Assembly: GCA_000004985.1 (NCBI GenBank)
Contig: GG738878.1
Reading direction: 5' to 3' (one strand)
Length of the DNA: 64,000 bases
Source of the DNA: Naegleria gruberi
Lineage: Eukaryota
Under the pieces are notes generated by a model. It did no database searches, was not told where the DNA came from, and saw nothing but the letters and a program-made list of their open reading frames with translations. Below, one piece after another: positions 1 through 12,287 of this stretch. The translations under genes and the position numbers were made by a program. Each line of letters begins with the position of its first letter. Positions within the stretch are counted from its first letter, which is position 1.

Positions 1-729
1 AACTCCAATACATGGATGGAAATGATTTAATAATCATAATAATGAATTGATGTGCCATTTGTCTAACAATATCTAATCTATGAATACACATTTTAAATAA
101 ATAAATAGTTTCTTGTGCTAATATATGATTCATTTCATCTCTTGATTGTTGATATTGTGATTGTTGATATTGTAATTGTGATTGTAATTGAGATTGTTGA
201 GGTTGAGATTTAATATAAATTAATAACCATTGTTCAAATATTCTTCTTAATAATGATTGTAATGTTGTATTTACTATATTTGTAAATATATTATAATGTT
301 CTAAATAATTTAATAAATGTTTTAATGGTTGACCTGAACGTGCTCTAAATAATTCTAAATTATACATTGAAATTAAAAATATTACTTCTTCAATTGTTAA
401 TTGTCTTAAAATGGAAGGATTAACAAGTATATCTTTACCATGATTAATATAAGATTCTAATTGTTGTGTAAAATATGTCTTTTCTTCTTGTAATATATTT
501 TTAGAATCTAAAATTACTTCAATTTCCTTATTAATTTCCATAAACGTATGAATATTAGAATTTAATAAAATTGGACCATTCATTCCAATAATTTGACATG
601 ATTCAAATGTTTCATCATTAAATTCATTTGGATTATTAAATTTAAATATAATTATATAAAACCACATCATTCTAAATAAATTTAAATTATTATTTAAATT
701 ATTATTATTATTTAAATTTAAATTATTTA

Positions 730-766
<37 letters not shown>

Positions 767-2984
767 AGATTTAATTAAAGTAGCAACAGCAGGTAATAAA
801 ACAGCAATATGTTTTAACATATCTTTTTTCTTTTCATTTGATTCTTTCATAATTTGAATTTCACCACCTAATTTATTAATTAATTTAATTAATTTAATTA
901 ATAATAAATGTTTTAAATCAATTCTATTTTTTAATTTCTTATTCATAATATAAATAGAATCAATTAATAAACCACCAATAACAGTTTCACTTGAATGAAA
1001 TGGATTTTGATAAATACTAAAAATTAATTCAACAATTTCATTAAAATAATGTCCATTACCTAAATCAATTAAATGTGATAATGCTCTTAATGATAAATTA
1101 TCTAATTTACCCATTGATCTCTTTTTAGTTAATTGTCCTGATAAAACAGGTAAAATTGAATCTGTAATTGGATTATGATCAATTTCAGTTGCAATATTAC
1201 CTAATAAAGTAACTCTTCTATTATTTTTAATAGAATCATCTGGATTTAAATAAATATTATTAGAAATTGCAAATACTGCACTTGATGTATTTAAAATACC
1301 TCTCTTATTAAAATCATAAATTAATATATTTGAAATACATTTTGTAATATATTCAATTAAATGTTCAGATTTTTCATTAGATTCTTCAATAAATTCACGT
1401 AATGTTTTAACACTTAATGAAATATATTCTGAATTTTCAATTTTACAAATCTTTTCAATACAATTTATCATTTCTTTTATCATTTTCTCTTCAAATTTAT
1501 TATATCCACAATCATTATTTTTAGAAAATTCTAAACATTCAATAAATATTTTTAAAACTTCTTTTTGTTCAGTTGTTGTTGTTGTTAATATAATAGATTG
1601 ATTATTATTATTAGAATTATTATTATGATGTTGATTATTATTACCATGTTGATTATTATTATTAGTATTATGATGGTGATAATAATGATTTGATAATTTT
1701 AATGAACAATTTAATGCCAATTGACATGATGTACAAAATGCATTAACACTATAATTAGTATCTATATTTAAATCAATATCATGTTCTTGTTGTTTAAATG
1801 TTATAATTCTTTTATAATAATCTAATGATAAATTTCTAAATGAAATTAATAATAACTTGTTCAATTCTTCATTTTCTAATTTATTTGATAAAACAATATG
1901 ATCACATATTTTTAATACTAATACAATCATACTTTTTAATAATCTTGATTTAAATGCTTTTAATTGTTTAATTTCATTAGATTGTTTAAATGTTGTTATA
2001 TTAATAAAATATTGAACAATTTCATTCACTATTTTATATTGTTCATTACTCATTTGAGAAGGTAATCCTTCTGATAATCCTTTAAATACTCCATATAATA
2101 CACGTGCTGTATTATCACTATCAAATATAACTATTATTATATTTATATTTAATATATATATAGATGAATGTTATTATGATGTTATGTTGTTATATTGTTA
2201 TTATTGTTATGTTAAATAAATGAATAAATAGATGAATATTGTTATTATTATTATTATTGTTATTGTAAAAATATAAAAACTTACATTTAGATTCATATGA
2301 TTTCATAATTAAATAACATTCATTTAAACAAATATTAATTAGAGAATTTGTAATTTGTTGTGAATATTCAACGTGTGAATAAGAAATATCTCTCAATAAA
2401 GAAATTAAATGATAAGAGAAATATTCACCTGTAATTTTAGTTTTTTGATTCCATTTACAATGTGGTAAATGATTAACAATACCAATTAATAATGGTAATA
2501 TTTGTTCACAATATTGTAAAGATGATGAAGATGATTTACATCTAGTTAAAAAGTAGGCTAATGCAAGTGCTGATTCTTGTCCTTCTTCAGTTAATGATAA
2601 TAATGAATGTTTCTTATTATAATCATCAAAATCTGTAATTAAATCATGATCTTCATTTTCTTTATGAATAATAACTTGTTTAAATCCTTTAGAATGATGT
2701 TGTTGTTGTTGTTGTTGTTCAACATTGTTACCTCCTCCATTATTATTATTATTATTATTATTATTAGTAGTATTATTATTATTAATATTAGATCTAATAA
2801 TAGTAGTAGTAGGTAGAATAGGACATTTATGTTTAATAAAAGTTAATTTCTTTTCAATACATTGTATTTGTGAAGGTGTCTTGTCATTTAAATTTTCTAA
2901 TTTACTAATACTTTCAACTAATTCTAAAAGTATTTGTAATTGAAATGATGCTATATATTCTTTAATATTATATACTTTATTCAT
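1..2984 (-). CDS. Large Asn/Gln-rich alpha-helical protein of unknown family, partial. The 5' end (Met at 2984) lies in the window and the 3' part runs off the window start.
   Basis: Minus-strand ORF from ATG at 2984 (MNKVYNIKEYIASF...). Exon 1 is about 2984..2285 with a GTAAGT donor. An AT-rich intron of about 2131..2284 follows. Exon 2 runs 2130 down to position 1 with no stop and stays in frame (MSNEQYKIVNEIV... to ...IIKSFPSMYW). No competing plus-strand ORF of 60 aa or more exists in 1..2190. Coding (AAT)n and (CAA)n tracts lie within it. Confidence 0.5.
731..765. repeat. (ATT)n trinucleotide microsatellite, about 12 units, inside the coding region of the 1..2984 gene (poly-Asn tract on the minus strand)
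   Basis: attattattattattattattattattattatt at 731-765. Confidence 0.8.
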
Positions 2985-3565
2985 CTTAAATAGTAGTAAT
3001 ATTTAATAATATTTAATAATAATAGAATAATAGTACTAGTAGTAGTAGAATATAATAACAGTACAACAGTAATAATTAAAACAAGAGAGTGCGAAGAGTA
3101 TAGAAACAAATGATGACAAGGATAATAATCAAGATGATAATGATCACTTGTTGTCAGCAGATAATGATGATGACGTATCGCTCTTTTATCGCACAACAAT
3201 AAAACTTTTAATTTTTTTTCGTTGTTGAAAACTTCAACGAGTGGTGTTGTTATCAACTCGACCTTCTATTTGAAAATGTTCATTGACTTATCAGATAGGT
3301 TTCTAATGATAATTATCATAGAATCTGTTAAAAGTGCAATAATCAATTAATTAAATAATTATTATTGTAATTTTATTTTTAATTGATGAATGTCACATAG
3401 AATCTGAGCTTTCTATTTGTTATCCATCAGATAGAGAGGTACTAGTCAACCACAGATTGTCTGAGCTGTAAAATTGAGAAATAAATTTATTTGAATCAAC
3501 ATTGAACCAGTGTGTTCTATTGAGATTGAATATAATTATTTTGATTTCACTTACCAATAAATTTG

Positions 3566-3579
3566 TTTGGCGCCAAAAA
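3566..3579. promoter_or_regulatory. Palindromic E2F/DP-type site TTTGGCGCCAAAAA, about 65 bp upstream of the smc5 ATG
   Basis: Exact match to the TTTSGCGCSAAA E2F consensus (DHFR-type palindromic site). One of four GGCGCC-core occurrences in the 64-kb window, each sitting 5' of a gene start. Confidence 0.5.
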
Positions 3580-3640
3580 TCACTTCCATCAAGTAGTGGA
3601 TGCAAAACTAAAAGGCTTGTCTTTGAAACGTTAAAAAAAA

Positions 3641-6600
3641 ATGCCTGCACGAAAGAAGCCTTCTTCGTCGTCCTCTCAGAGCAACAATAACAACAACAAA
3701 CGGAAGAGAAAGGACGATGTGTCATCAGATGAAGAAGAATCGGATCATGAAGAATTAGCATCACAACCATTAACAGCAAATGGAACTAAAAAAACAAAAC
3801 CAAATTCAATTTGTGGTTATCAATTACCCAAGATGAGAGATGGTAGTATTGTTAGAATCAAAATACATAATTTCATGACTTATGATGATTGTGAATTCTT
3901 CCCTGGGCCTGGTTTGAACTTGGTTTTAGGTCCTAATGGTACAGGTGAGTTTCAACTAATAATAATATTGAATAGTTTAATCAAATCATCAATTAACAAT
4001 TTCATCAAATTAACACTTATATTATTGTCAAATAATCAACAGGTAAAAGTTCAATTGTTGGAGCTATTTGTGTTGGATTAGCTGGTCACACTAAATTACT
4101 TGGAAGAGCTAGTAGAGTATCAGATATGATTAAACATGGCAAATCTGAAGCCTTTGTTGAAATTGAATTAAAAGCAGCAAAGAAAAATGTTGTTATTAAA
4201 AGAAGTTTTCATCTCAACAAGGACAATAAGGAGTCAACAGATTGGAGAGTGAATGGTACTAAAAAAACAGGAGAAGAAGTTAGAAATATAATTGAAGGAT
4301 TTAATATTCAATTGGACAATTTGACTCAATTTTTACCTCAAGAAAAAGTTTGTGAATTTGCAGCCTTGGATTCTACACAAAGACTTGAACAAACTCAATT
4401 AGCAGTTTTATCACCTGAAATTATTCAACATCAACAAGATTTAATTAAGAGACAAGATGAATTTAAACTTAGTAGTAATCAATTAGATACATTAACAAAA
4501 CAATTGGAAGGTCTTAAAAAGAAGAATGCTACATTGGAAAAGGAAGTTGAAAAATATAATCAAAGAAAGAAATATCTTGATGAAGCAGAACTTTGTAAAA
4601 TCAAAATGCCTGTACTTCAATTTAAGAATATTCAAGAAAGAGGAAAACAATTGAAGGAAATGGAATCTAAATTAGCTCAAGAAGTTGCAAGTCAACAACA
4701 AGAAGTTGGTCCACTTAGAGATGTTATGGAAGAATTGGATAGATCCATTAAAAAAACAGATTCTGATATGAGAACTGATAGAAATCGTATTAATACTAAT
4801 AAGGAAAAAATTTCCAATGTCATTCAAAAATTTGCAACATCCAATAATAATATTGAAAAATATTCAATAGAAATTGAAAAAGCAAAACAAAGTGAACATG
4901 CTAAACAATCTAAAATTCAAAAATTAGATCAACAAATCAAACAACTTGAAACACATTTATCAAAATATAACATTCCAGAAATTAAAGGGAAAATTCAAGA
5001 GAAGAATAATGAAGCACGTGATCAAGATGAAGAATATCGTAAAATTATGGATAGAAAATATGAATTGAATGAATCATTCAAATCCAAGAAGGAAGAAATG
5101 GAAGAATGTAAACGTAAAATTCATAAATTAGACAATGTAAAAGAACAACGTTTAAGAAGACTCAGAGAAAATAGATTAGAACAAGTTGTTAGAGTTTATG
5201 AATGGTATATGCAAAATAGAAGTCAATTTTTAAAACCAATTTATTGTATTCCACTTGAAATTGCACCAACAACACCTTTATTTGGTTCATTTATTGAAAT
5301 GCATTGTCCTCAATATGTTTTTCGTTCATTTGTAACACAATGTATAGAAGATAGAGAAAGGCTACAAAAATATGCAACAGAAAATGAATTAAGATTATCA
5401 ATAATTTTACCAGATAATTTAGAATATCATCCAACAAGAGTTTATCCAACAGATCAATTGAAACAATATGGTTTTATATCATATTTAGATGAACAATATA
5501 CAGCACCTGATGCTGTTAAATCATGTATCAAAGATTTAACTCAAATGGATACAGTTGCAGTTTCAGAAAATCCAAATGCTAAAGTTTCAGATTTATTAAT
5601 GAAAAGTCCAATTCAATGTGCATTTATTCCAAATCAACAATATTTAATGAAAACATCAACATATGATAGATCAAAATCTACAAGAGTTGTTGATGTAAAT
5701 CCAGCACGTGTTTTCTTACCTATGGATTTATCTGAAAAGGAAAATTTAGAAATGGAATTAAAATCACTAGCCAATGAAAAACACAAAATTGAAACCGATC
5801 TTAATCAATTAAAAGAATTGGAAGTTTCAATTTCATCTAAAATTGAAATGATTAGATCAGAAAAAAGAGCCTTNNNNNNNNNNNNNNNNNNNNNNNNNNN
5901 NNNNNNNNNNNNNNNNNNNNNNNNNNNNNNNNNNNNNNNNNNNNNNNNNNNNNNNNNNNNNNNNNNNNNNNNNNNNNNNNNNNNNNNNNNNNNNNNNNNN
6001 NNNNNNNNNNNNNNNNNNNNNNNNNNNNNNNNNNNNNNNNNNNNNNNNNNNNNNNNNNNNNNNNNNNNNNNNNNNNNNNNNNNNNNNNNNNNNNNNNNNN
6101 NNNNNNNNNNNNNNNNATATGCTCTTAATTCTTATTCACAAAGAATGATATTTCAATAGAAGAATTGAGAGATCGTTTAGCTTCACTTCCAGAAACAGAA
6201 GAAGAATTAACAGAAAAGATTGATTTTTATTTAAATGAAGCAGAAAAGATAACAGCTAATGCTTCAGTTTTAGATGAATATGCTAAAAGATTACGTGAAA
6301 TTGAAGAAAAGGAAAATCAAATTAAAGAATTAGAAAATGCCTCTGAAACAATAGCAGGAATAGTTGAAGAATTGAAAGAGAAATGGTTAAAACCATTAAG
6401 AGAATGTGTTACAAAAATTAATGATACATTTACAGAATATTGTAAACATGTTGGTATTGCAGGAGAAGTAACACTAGTTGGAGATGAAAATAATTTTAAA
6501 TCATTTCAAATTGATATTAAGGTTAAATTTAGAGATTCTGAAAAATTAACATCACTTTCAGCACAACGTCAATCAGGTGGTGAAAGATCAGTTACAACAA

Positions 6601-6926
6601 TTTTATATTTATTATCACTTCAACAATTGAACAAATCACCTTTTAGAGTTGTTGATGAAATTAATCAAGGTATGGATCCACAAAATGAGAGAAAGATTTT
6701 TTATCAAATGTTAGATTCAAGTCAAGGTGAAGATATTCCTCAATCATTTTTAATTACTCCTAAATTATTACCTGATTTGGTACCTAATAACGCTAACAAT
6801 ATTACTGTAATTTTCGTTTTTAATGGTCCTGCTAATATTTCACAAGATGAATTTGCCAAGTTTTTCCAACCTTTTGATAAAAGTATGGAAATCAAAGGTG
6901 AATCATCAAGAAAAAGTGTAAATTAA
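3641..6926 (+). CDS. smc5: Structural maintenance of chromosomes protein 5 (SMC5)
   Basis: Exon 1 is 3641..3944 and ends in the Walker A motif GPNGTG; a GTGAGT donor follows. The intron is 3945..4042 (98 nt, AG at 4041-4042). Exon 2 starts at 4043 (...KSSIVGAICVGL) and is in frame with ORF 4126..6159. Long coiled-coil arms follow. The C-terminal head carries the SMC signature LSAQRQSGGERS and Walker B VVDEINQGMD, which is SMC5-specific (DEINQGMD). An assembly gap at 5874..6116 interrupts the CDS. A possible further intron ends at ...ttcaatag 6159. Stop TAA at 6924-6926. Confidence 0.85.
5874..6116. other. Assembly gap (243 N) inside the smc5 coding region
   Basis: Run of N characters. The reading frame across the gap is undefined. 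Confidence 0.99.
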
Positions 6927-7116
6927 AATGTAAATAGAAACAGTTTGTCTGTTTTTTAATTGATTTATTCAATTCCATAAAATAATATTATTTAATAATA
7001 TAAATATATTTGTTAAGAAGTTTTAATTGATTTATTTATTCAATTCATCAATTTTTGTTATATATTTGAGTTTGTATGTACACATTGTGTTCATGAAAGT
7101 TAAAATTGAGAAAAAA

Positions 7117-7587
7117 TTAATTTTTTGGAACAAGACCACCACTTGATACACCAGTAGAACCAAATCCACCAGCACCTCTCGATGTATCATCCAAATCATC
7201 AACCTCAACAATTTGTGGTAATGCAATCTTTTCAATAATGAATTGAGCAACTCTATCACCACGTTTAATGACAAAATCTTCCTTTCCATGATTGAATAAA
7301 ACAACACCTAAATTTCCTCTATAATCAGAATCAACAACACCTGCACCAGTGTCAATAAAATTCTTCAAGGCTAATCCAGAACGAGGTGCAACACGTCCAT
7401 AATAACCATGTGGAACAGCTACGGCCAAGTCAGTCTTGACAAGTAATTTATCATGGGCTGGAACAATGTAATCATAGGCTGATGCCAAGTCATATCCTGC
7501 TGCAAATTCTGATGATCTCACAGGGAGAATGGCATGTTCCGAAAGTTTCTTTACACGAAGTTCTGTTGGTTCTGGGAATGAAGTCAT
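7117..7587 (-). CDS. dut: Deoxyuridine 5'-triphosphate nucleotidohydrolase (dUTPase)
   Basis: Single-exon 156-aa ORF carrying all five dUTPase motifs: AAGYDL, PRSGLA, GVVDSDYRGN, GDRVAQ and a C-terminal RGAGGFGSTG. Confidence 0.9.
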   Translation of the reverse strand: MTSFPEPTELRVKKLSEHAILPVRSSEFAAGYDLASAYDYIVPAHDKLLVKTDLAVAVPHGYYGRVAPRSGLALKNFIDTGAGVVDSDYRGNLGVVLFNHGKEDFVIKRGDRVAQFIIEKIALPQIVEVDDLDDTSRGAGGFGSTGVSSGGLVPKN

Positions 7588-7646
7588 TTTTTTTGAATTT
7601 AACTTGTGAATTTAATTTTCAAAGTTTAACGATTTTTGGAGGCAAA

Positions 7647-7657
7647 TTTTGGCGCCA
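7647..7657. promoter_or_regulatory. E2F/DP-type site TTTTGGCGCCA, about 60-70 bp upstream of the dut start codon on the minus strand
   Basis: GGCGCC core flanked by a T-run, located at 7647-7657 in the dut 5' region between the dut and upf2 genes. Confidence 0.5.
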
Positions 7658-7855
7658 TGTCAACCATGAAAAGAATGAGACAATATAAATTGTTAATGTT
7701 TAATTTATTAATAAACATTAATACCAACCTAACTGGTTATTGTCGTTCAATCTAGATTGTTCTTCAACTCTTGAGATTTATCAAGCATTTGGTTTTATCC
7801 AAAATTAAATCACTTGCAAATTTGTTTGACAATATAATTCAATATATCATCAAAT

Positions 7856-10390
7856 CTATTGAGTAGTGTTATTGTTGTTTGAATCTTTTCTCAATAATTT
7901 TGTAACATTGGCAGCAACAAAAACTTCTTGTGCCTTATTAGTTCTACCTTGTTTAGAGAGAATGGTAATCTTTTGAGCCATTGGTGGTGGTGGTGATGAT
8001 GATGATGTATTTGTACTATCATGTTGAGCATGTTGAGCATGTTGAGTGTGTTGAATGTGTTGTTGGTGATGATGATGATGTGCTGGTTGTTGATGATGAA
8101 TTATTTTAGGTGTAATAGCTTGTGTCATCATTTCTTGTGGTTTTGAAATCAATGTACCCATCTTGACAATATTATTATTGGTCAAGTATTTTCTCTCATT
8201 AATACTTTGATTAATCATTTCCATTAATTCCTTATCCAATTCACCTCCATCATCATCTTTATGTGTTGATGATTTAGAGTTGTTTTGAGAATCTTCAGTT
8301 TCATCTTGAACAACATCTTCCTCTTCAGCAGCAGCAGTTGCAGAAAGTTCATCCTCATGATCATTAATTGGCCATAGTGAAAGTGGATCATTGGATTTAC
8401 TTTGACCTGGAAGTGGAATTGGTTTCTTTTGTTCAATATAATCAATTTTATCAACAACTTCCTTCAAATTCTTTGGCCATTTCAATTTAGGTCTAACTGT
8501 ATCCAAAGTATCTGCTAACATATTTTCCATATCGACTGGTAAACGATACTGTTTACTTAAAACATATCTCTGCAAATATAATAAAAATCTATCTAATTTC
8601 TTTCTATCGGCAGATGTTTCAAAATAAGGACCACATGTATCTAGAAGAGTACAAACTAATCTCAATCTAAAAGTATCTTGTTTGTGTGGAAGTAGTGGTG
8701 TTGGATATAAAATTAATGTGTACAATACATCCATAATGACATTAATATCTAATAATTGATAATTATAAAATTCACCCAAGAATTTGATATCAATAATTCT
8801 TTTTTGTTCAGATCTTAATCTAGATGGTATATATTCAGCATTTTGATTAATACCCAATTCAATATTATCAATATATTCTTGTTGAAGTGAATATCTAATT
8901 TCCTCTAATAAAAGATCAATAATAACAACACCAATTTCTTCATGATATCTTGATAAACCTCCTAAAACACTTGCCATTAAATGAATAGTACCAAATGCAC
9001 ATTCTCTTATATGTGATAGAATACTCTTGATAATATTTTTAATTCTATCAAAATCATCGTATGGAAGTTTTCTCAATTGTTTTAAAACAGTATTAATATT
9101 ATACTTGTTCAATTCTGATAAAAGTAAATGTAAAACATATTGTGTTAATTCATCATCTTCACCAAATACTGTTCTTGGTTTTTCAACTTCTTGATCAACA
9201 TTTACAACTGTATTATAATAGGCACTATCAATCATGGTATTATATTTTACATCTAGTACTTTAATATCTTTAATTCTCATCATTTTAGAAATTAATTCAA
9301 CCATTAATAAATGTGATGTAGATTGTGCATATAAATATCTTCCACAAACTTCAAGAAAATGACATGCAACATCAATATTATGATGATGAAATTGTGAAAG
9401 ACATTTCTTTAAAAATTCAATACCAGTCTCTTCTGGACATATTTTAAATAAAATTAATTCACCCAAGAATCTAATATTTTTAACTTTGGTTTCAATTTTG
9501 ATTTGATCTTGTTCTTCAAATAATTTGTTAAATTCTTCTTCTAATGATTGAACAAGTGATTTACCAACATCTTTAAAAAGTGGATTCAATATAGCAATTA
9601 ATCTACTATAATATGGTAATAATTCTAAACTTGTTCTATTAACACTAAACATCTTTTTAACTAATTTAGTTCTATTACCTTTTTGATTAAGATATTTTAT
9701 AGCCAATGTTGTTGCTAATTTATCAATAGGTGGTCTTTTAGGTAATTTATCTAATAAATCTTCCATAGAAACTATATTTTCTAATTCATTCTTATCATTA
9801 ATTAATGTATTAATATCAGGTATTTCTTCATAGAATTGTCTTGTTCTTTCATTTACAAATTTATCAATATTATCTGTGAGAATATCTTTTTTATCTTGTT
9901 GTTCTTTTTTAGCTGATAAATCTTCAACTTTAAGTAAAGCATCTTCAATATCTGATGGTATCTTGGATTGAAGAATGTCAGCAGCTCTTTATCAAAATAA
10001 AAATGTTAAAAATAATAACAATGTAAACATACTCTTTTGCTAAATCGTATTGTTTCTTCCATTGTTTCAACTTTTTCTTTTCCTTATCAAGATTTTCAGT
10101 ATTTCCATCATCAATATTTGTTGTAGCTGCTTGTTCATCTTCATTAATTTCCTTTTGTTTAGATCTTAAACGTTCACAAAGTGTTTCAAAGAATGACAAG
10201 AATTGTTCATTAATAAGTTTGTGTTCTGGTTCAGTGATAAAACATTTAGTAGCATCATAGGATTTTCCAATTAAAAAGTCATGTTGGAATTCTGTTAAAA
10301 AAGGCATTAAAATTGATGATTGTGAAGTTTTCTTATTGATTGTAATCTAATTAGTCCGAAAGAAGTTCAATTTTGAATATTTACACACAT

Positions 10391-10423
<33 letters not shown>

Positions 10424-10998
10424 ATAATTAACAAACTATAGAAAATGATAAAAACATACAAATCCCTTTAAAACAGTTCCTACAATTGTAAAATTATCGT
10501 GCATCCTAGTTATGAATAATTTAGTAATAATTAATAATACAACGTGTAATCTAGGTAGGTTAGGTTCCTTCTTGTCAGAATCTTTACATGATTTTACAAG
10601 TGATGTAACAAAACTTTCAGAAAATTCAGCATATAATTGATGAAGTGATGATGCAATTTCTACAATAATATCTACATCTTCCAATTTTAATGGCATTTCT
10701 AAAAAGCCTTGAACAATTTCACTAATAAATCTACGAAGATTTAATTTTTGAATCTAATATTGATTATTAGTATGAAGATGATGATTAATACTACAACAAC
10801 AACAATAAAACATACATCAGGTACAATTGATACTTTTTGATCAGGAGTTAATTCATGTAATGATTTAATTTTCTTTACAAAAGCACTATTCTTCTTAATA
10901 GAAGCATCCAATGATTTAAAGAAAGAAGCATCGGGTCTTTTTCCTTTCAAGGCCTGTTCATTCTTTGCTCGGAGTTCAGCCTTCTTTTCTTCATTCAT
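7856..10998 (-). CDS. upf2: Regulator of nonsense transcripts 2 (UPF2), 4 exons
   Basis: Exons on the minus strand are 10998..10816, 10753..10460, 10346..10033 and 9986..7856. Intron lengths are about 62, 113 and 46 nt, with GTATGT donors. The N-terminus RPDASFFKSLDASIKKNSAFVKKIKSL aligns with human UPF2 ENFFSRLDSSLKKNTAFVKKLKT. The MIF4G-3 segment LELLPYYSRLIAILNP...NIRFLGELILFKI...FHHHNIDVACHFLEVCGRYL aligns with human LDLLPFYARLVATLHP...TVRFIGELTKFKM...FSHHHIEMACTLLETCGRFL. The C-terminus KQGRTNKAQEVFV aligns with human RKGNKQQFKILNV. Confidence 0.85.
8042..8086. repeat. 9-bp tandem repeat (CATGTTGAG, 3 perfect and 2 degenerate copies) inside the upf2 C-terminal coding region
   Basis: The unit catgttgag appears at 8042-8050, 8051-8059 and 8060-8068, followed by tgtgttgaa and tgtgttgtt. 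On the minus strand this encodes a His/Gln/Ala-rich tract (HTQHAQHAQH). Confidence 0.7.
10393..10421. repeat. (TAT/ATT)n microsatellite inside upf2 intron 2
   Basis: tattattattattattattattattatta at 10393-10421. Confidence 0.8.
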
Positions 10999-11165
10999 TT
11001 TTTCATTATTTTTTTTAATTTTATTTATTTACTGATTATCTTTTGAAGGCTTTACTACTCAACATGTTGATAATTCATATTTTGTAATTGATTAAACTAC
11101 TTGATGATAATCCACAGAAGACTCAACTTGATAAAGGTGAACTATGAAGATGCAATTTAAAAAAA

Positions 11166-11996
11166 ATGGAATCATCATCCAATTCTTCTTCATCCAAGGA
11201 TGATAACAATAATAATAACAACATGATGATGAACATTGGAAATGATGACAATATGACTATTCAATTATTTAATATTCCATCATCATCAACAACAACATCA
11301 ACAACATCCACCATATTAACTAATAATAATAATTCTATTGAATGTATAATATGTACAAATAAACCATGTATTAATCCATCCATGACACTTCCATGTTTTC
11401 ATTATAATTTTTGTACACATTGTATTGCAACATGGTTACAATGTAGTGAGAAATGTCCACTGTGTAATACTATTGTTACTAATTTAGTACATGATATATT
11501 TAGTACAATACATTTTCAAGTTACTAATTTAGGAAATGAAAATAGAATTGAATCTTTACCTCAACATACTTTTAGACATTTAATTTATTATTCAAATGAT
11601 CCTATTTATACAATTTATAATTTAAATATTCATAAAAAAAAAATTATTAATGAAAATTTAAATTTAGAAAATAGAATTAAATTATTTCTAAAAAGGGAAT
11701 TAGAAACTATAACAAGATCATTTAATATTAATATTTTAAAATTACATATTGAAAGTTTATTATCATCTAAACAATTTCATTTTACAAAATTAATTAATGA
11801 TTGGTCACCCAAAGATGGTAATTACCAATTTAATAATTTAATTTTATTATTTCAAAAAGAAATTGAAAAATATTTAAAACAATATACAAATCATTTTATT
11901 CATGAATTATTATTATTTATAATGTCAAATATTTCACATCCAGATCGTTATGATACACTTGTTGAATATAAACGATTTTCCTATCTATTTAAATAA
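11166..11996 (+). CDS. C3HC4 RING-finger protein (probable E3 ubiquitin ligase)
   Basis: 276-aa ORF with a RING signature CIICTNKPCINPSMTLPCFHYNFCTHCIATWLQCSEKCPLC. The N-terminus is Ser/Asn-rich low complexity. Confidence 0.6.
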   Translation: MESSSNSSSSKDDNNNNNNMMMNIGNDDNMTIQLFNIPSSSTTTSTTSTILTNNNNSIECIICTNKPCINPSMTLPCFHYNFCTHCIATWLQCSEKCPLCNTIVTNLVHDIFSTIHFQVTNLGNENRIESLPQHTFRHLIYYSNDPIYTIYNLNIHKKKIINENLNLENRIKLFLKRELETITRSFNINILKLHIESLLSSKQFHFTKLINDWSPKDGNYQFNNLILLFQKEIEKYLKQYTNHFIHELLLFIMSNISHPDRYDTLVEYKRFSYLFK

Positions 11997-12287
11997 TTTG
12001 TAACATATATTGTAATAGTATTTAAATAATAATTCAATTCATTAATATTGTGAAAAGAATAAAAAGAAGCAGAAATATGAGAGAAACAAATTGATGCTAC
12101 ACAAAAGATGCCTCTTTAAACAGAGTACATACTTGAATATCTTCAGTACAATTTAATATCCTTTAGTTAGCCAATTCTTTTATTTCAATAACAAGGTTAT
12201 TTAATATTATTAATATTTTAAAATTACAATGACAGATATTTTTCAAAAATTCTTGTGCGATGAGGAAATGTCAAATCAAAAAAAAAA

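Noticed and set aside
2725-2943. Plus-strand 72-aa ORF (poly-Leu) and similar antisense ORFs. These include 28946-29155 and 31020-31553 inside the FAM184-like gene, 41123-41329 and 42064-42372 inside the DHHC and zf-C3Hc3H genes, 52624-53982 inside wdr1, 55045-55665 inside the P450, and 60195-61522 inside eif3d.
   Set aside because: All lie antisense or out-of-frame within strongly supported genes. They are low-complexity translations of poly-Q/N/K/E codons and have no homology or start context.
7032-7307. ORF 7032-7307 (−) and ORF 7482-7688 (+) overlapping dut
   Set aside because: They are alternative frames of the dUTPase gene and its flanks. The dUTPase frame (7117-7587) carries all five family motifs.
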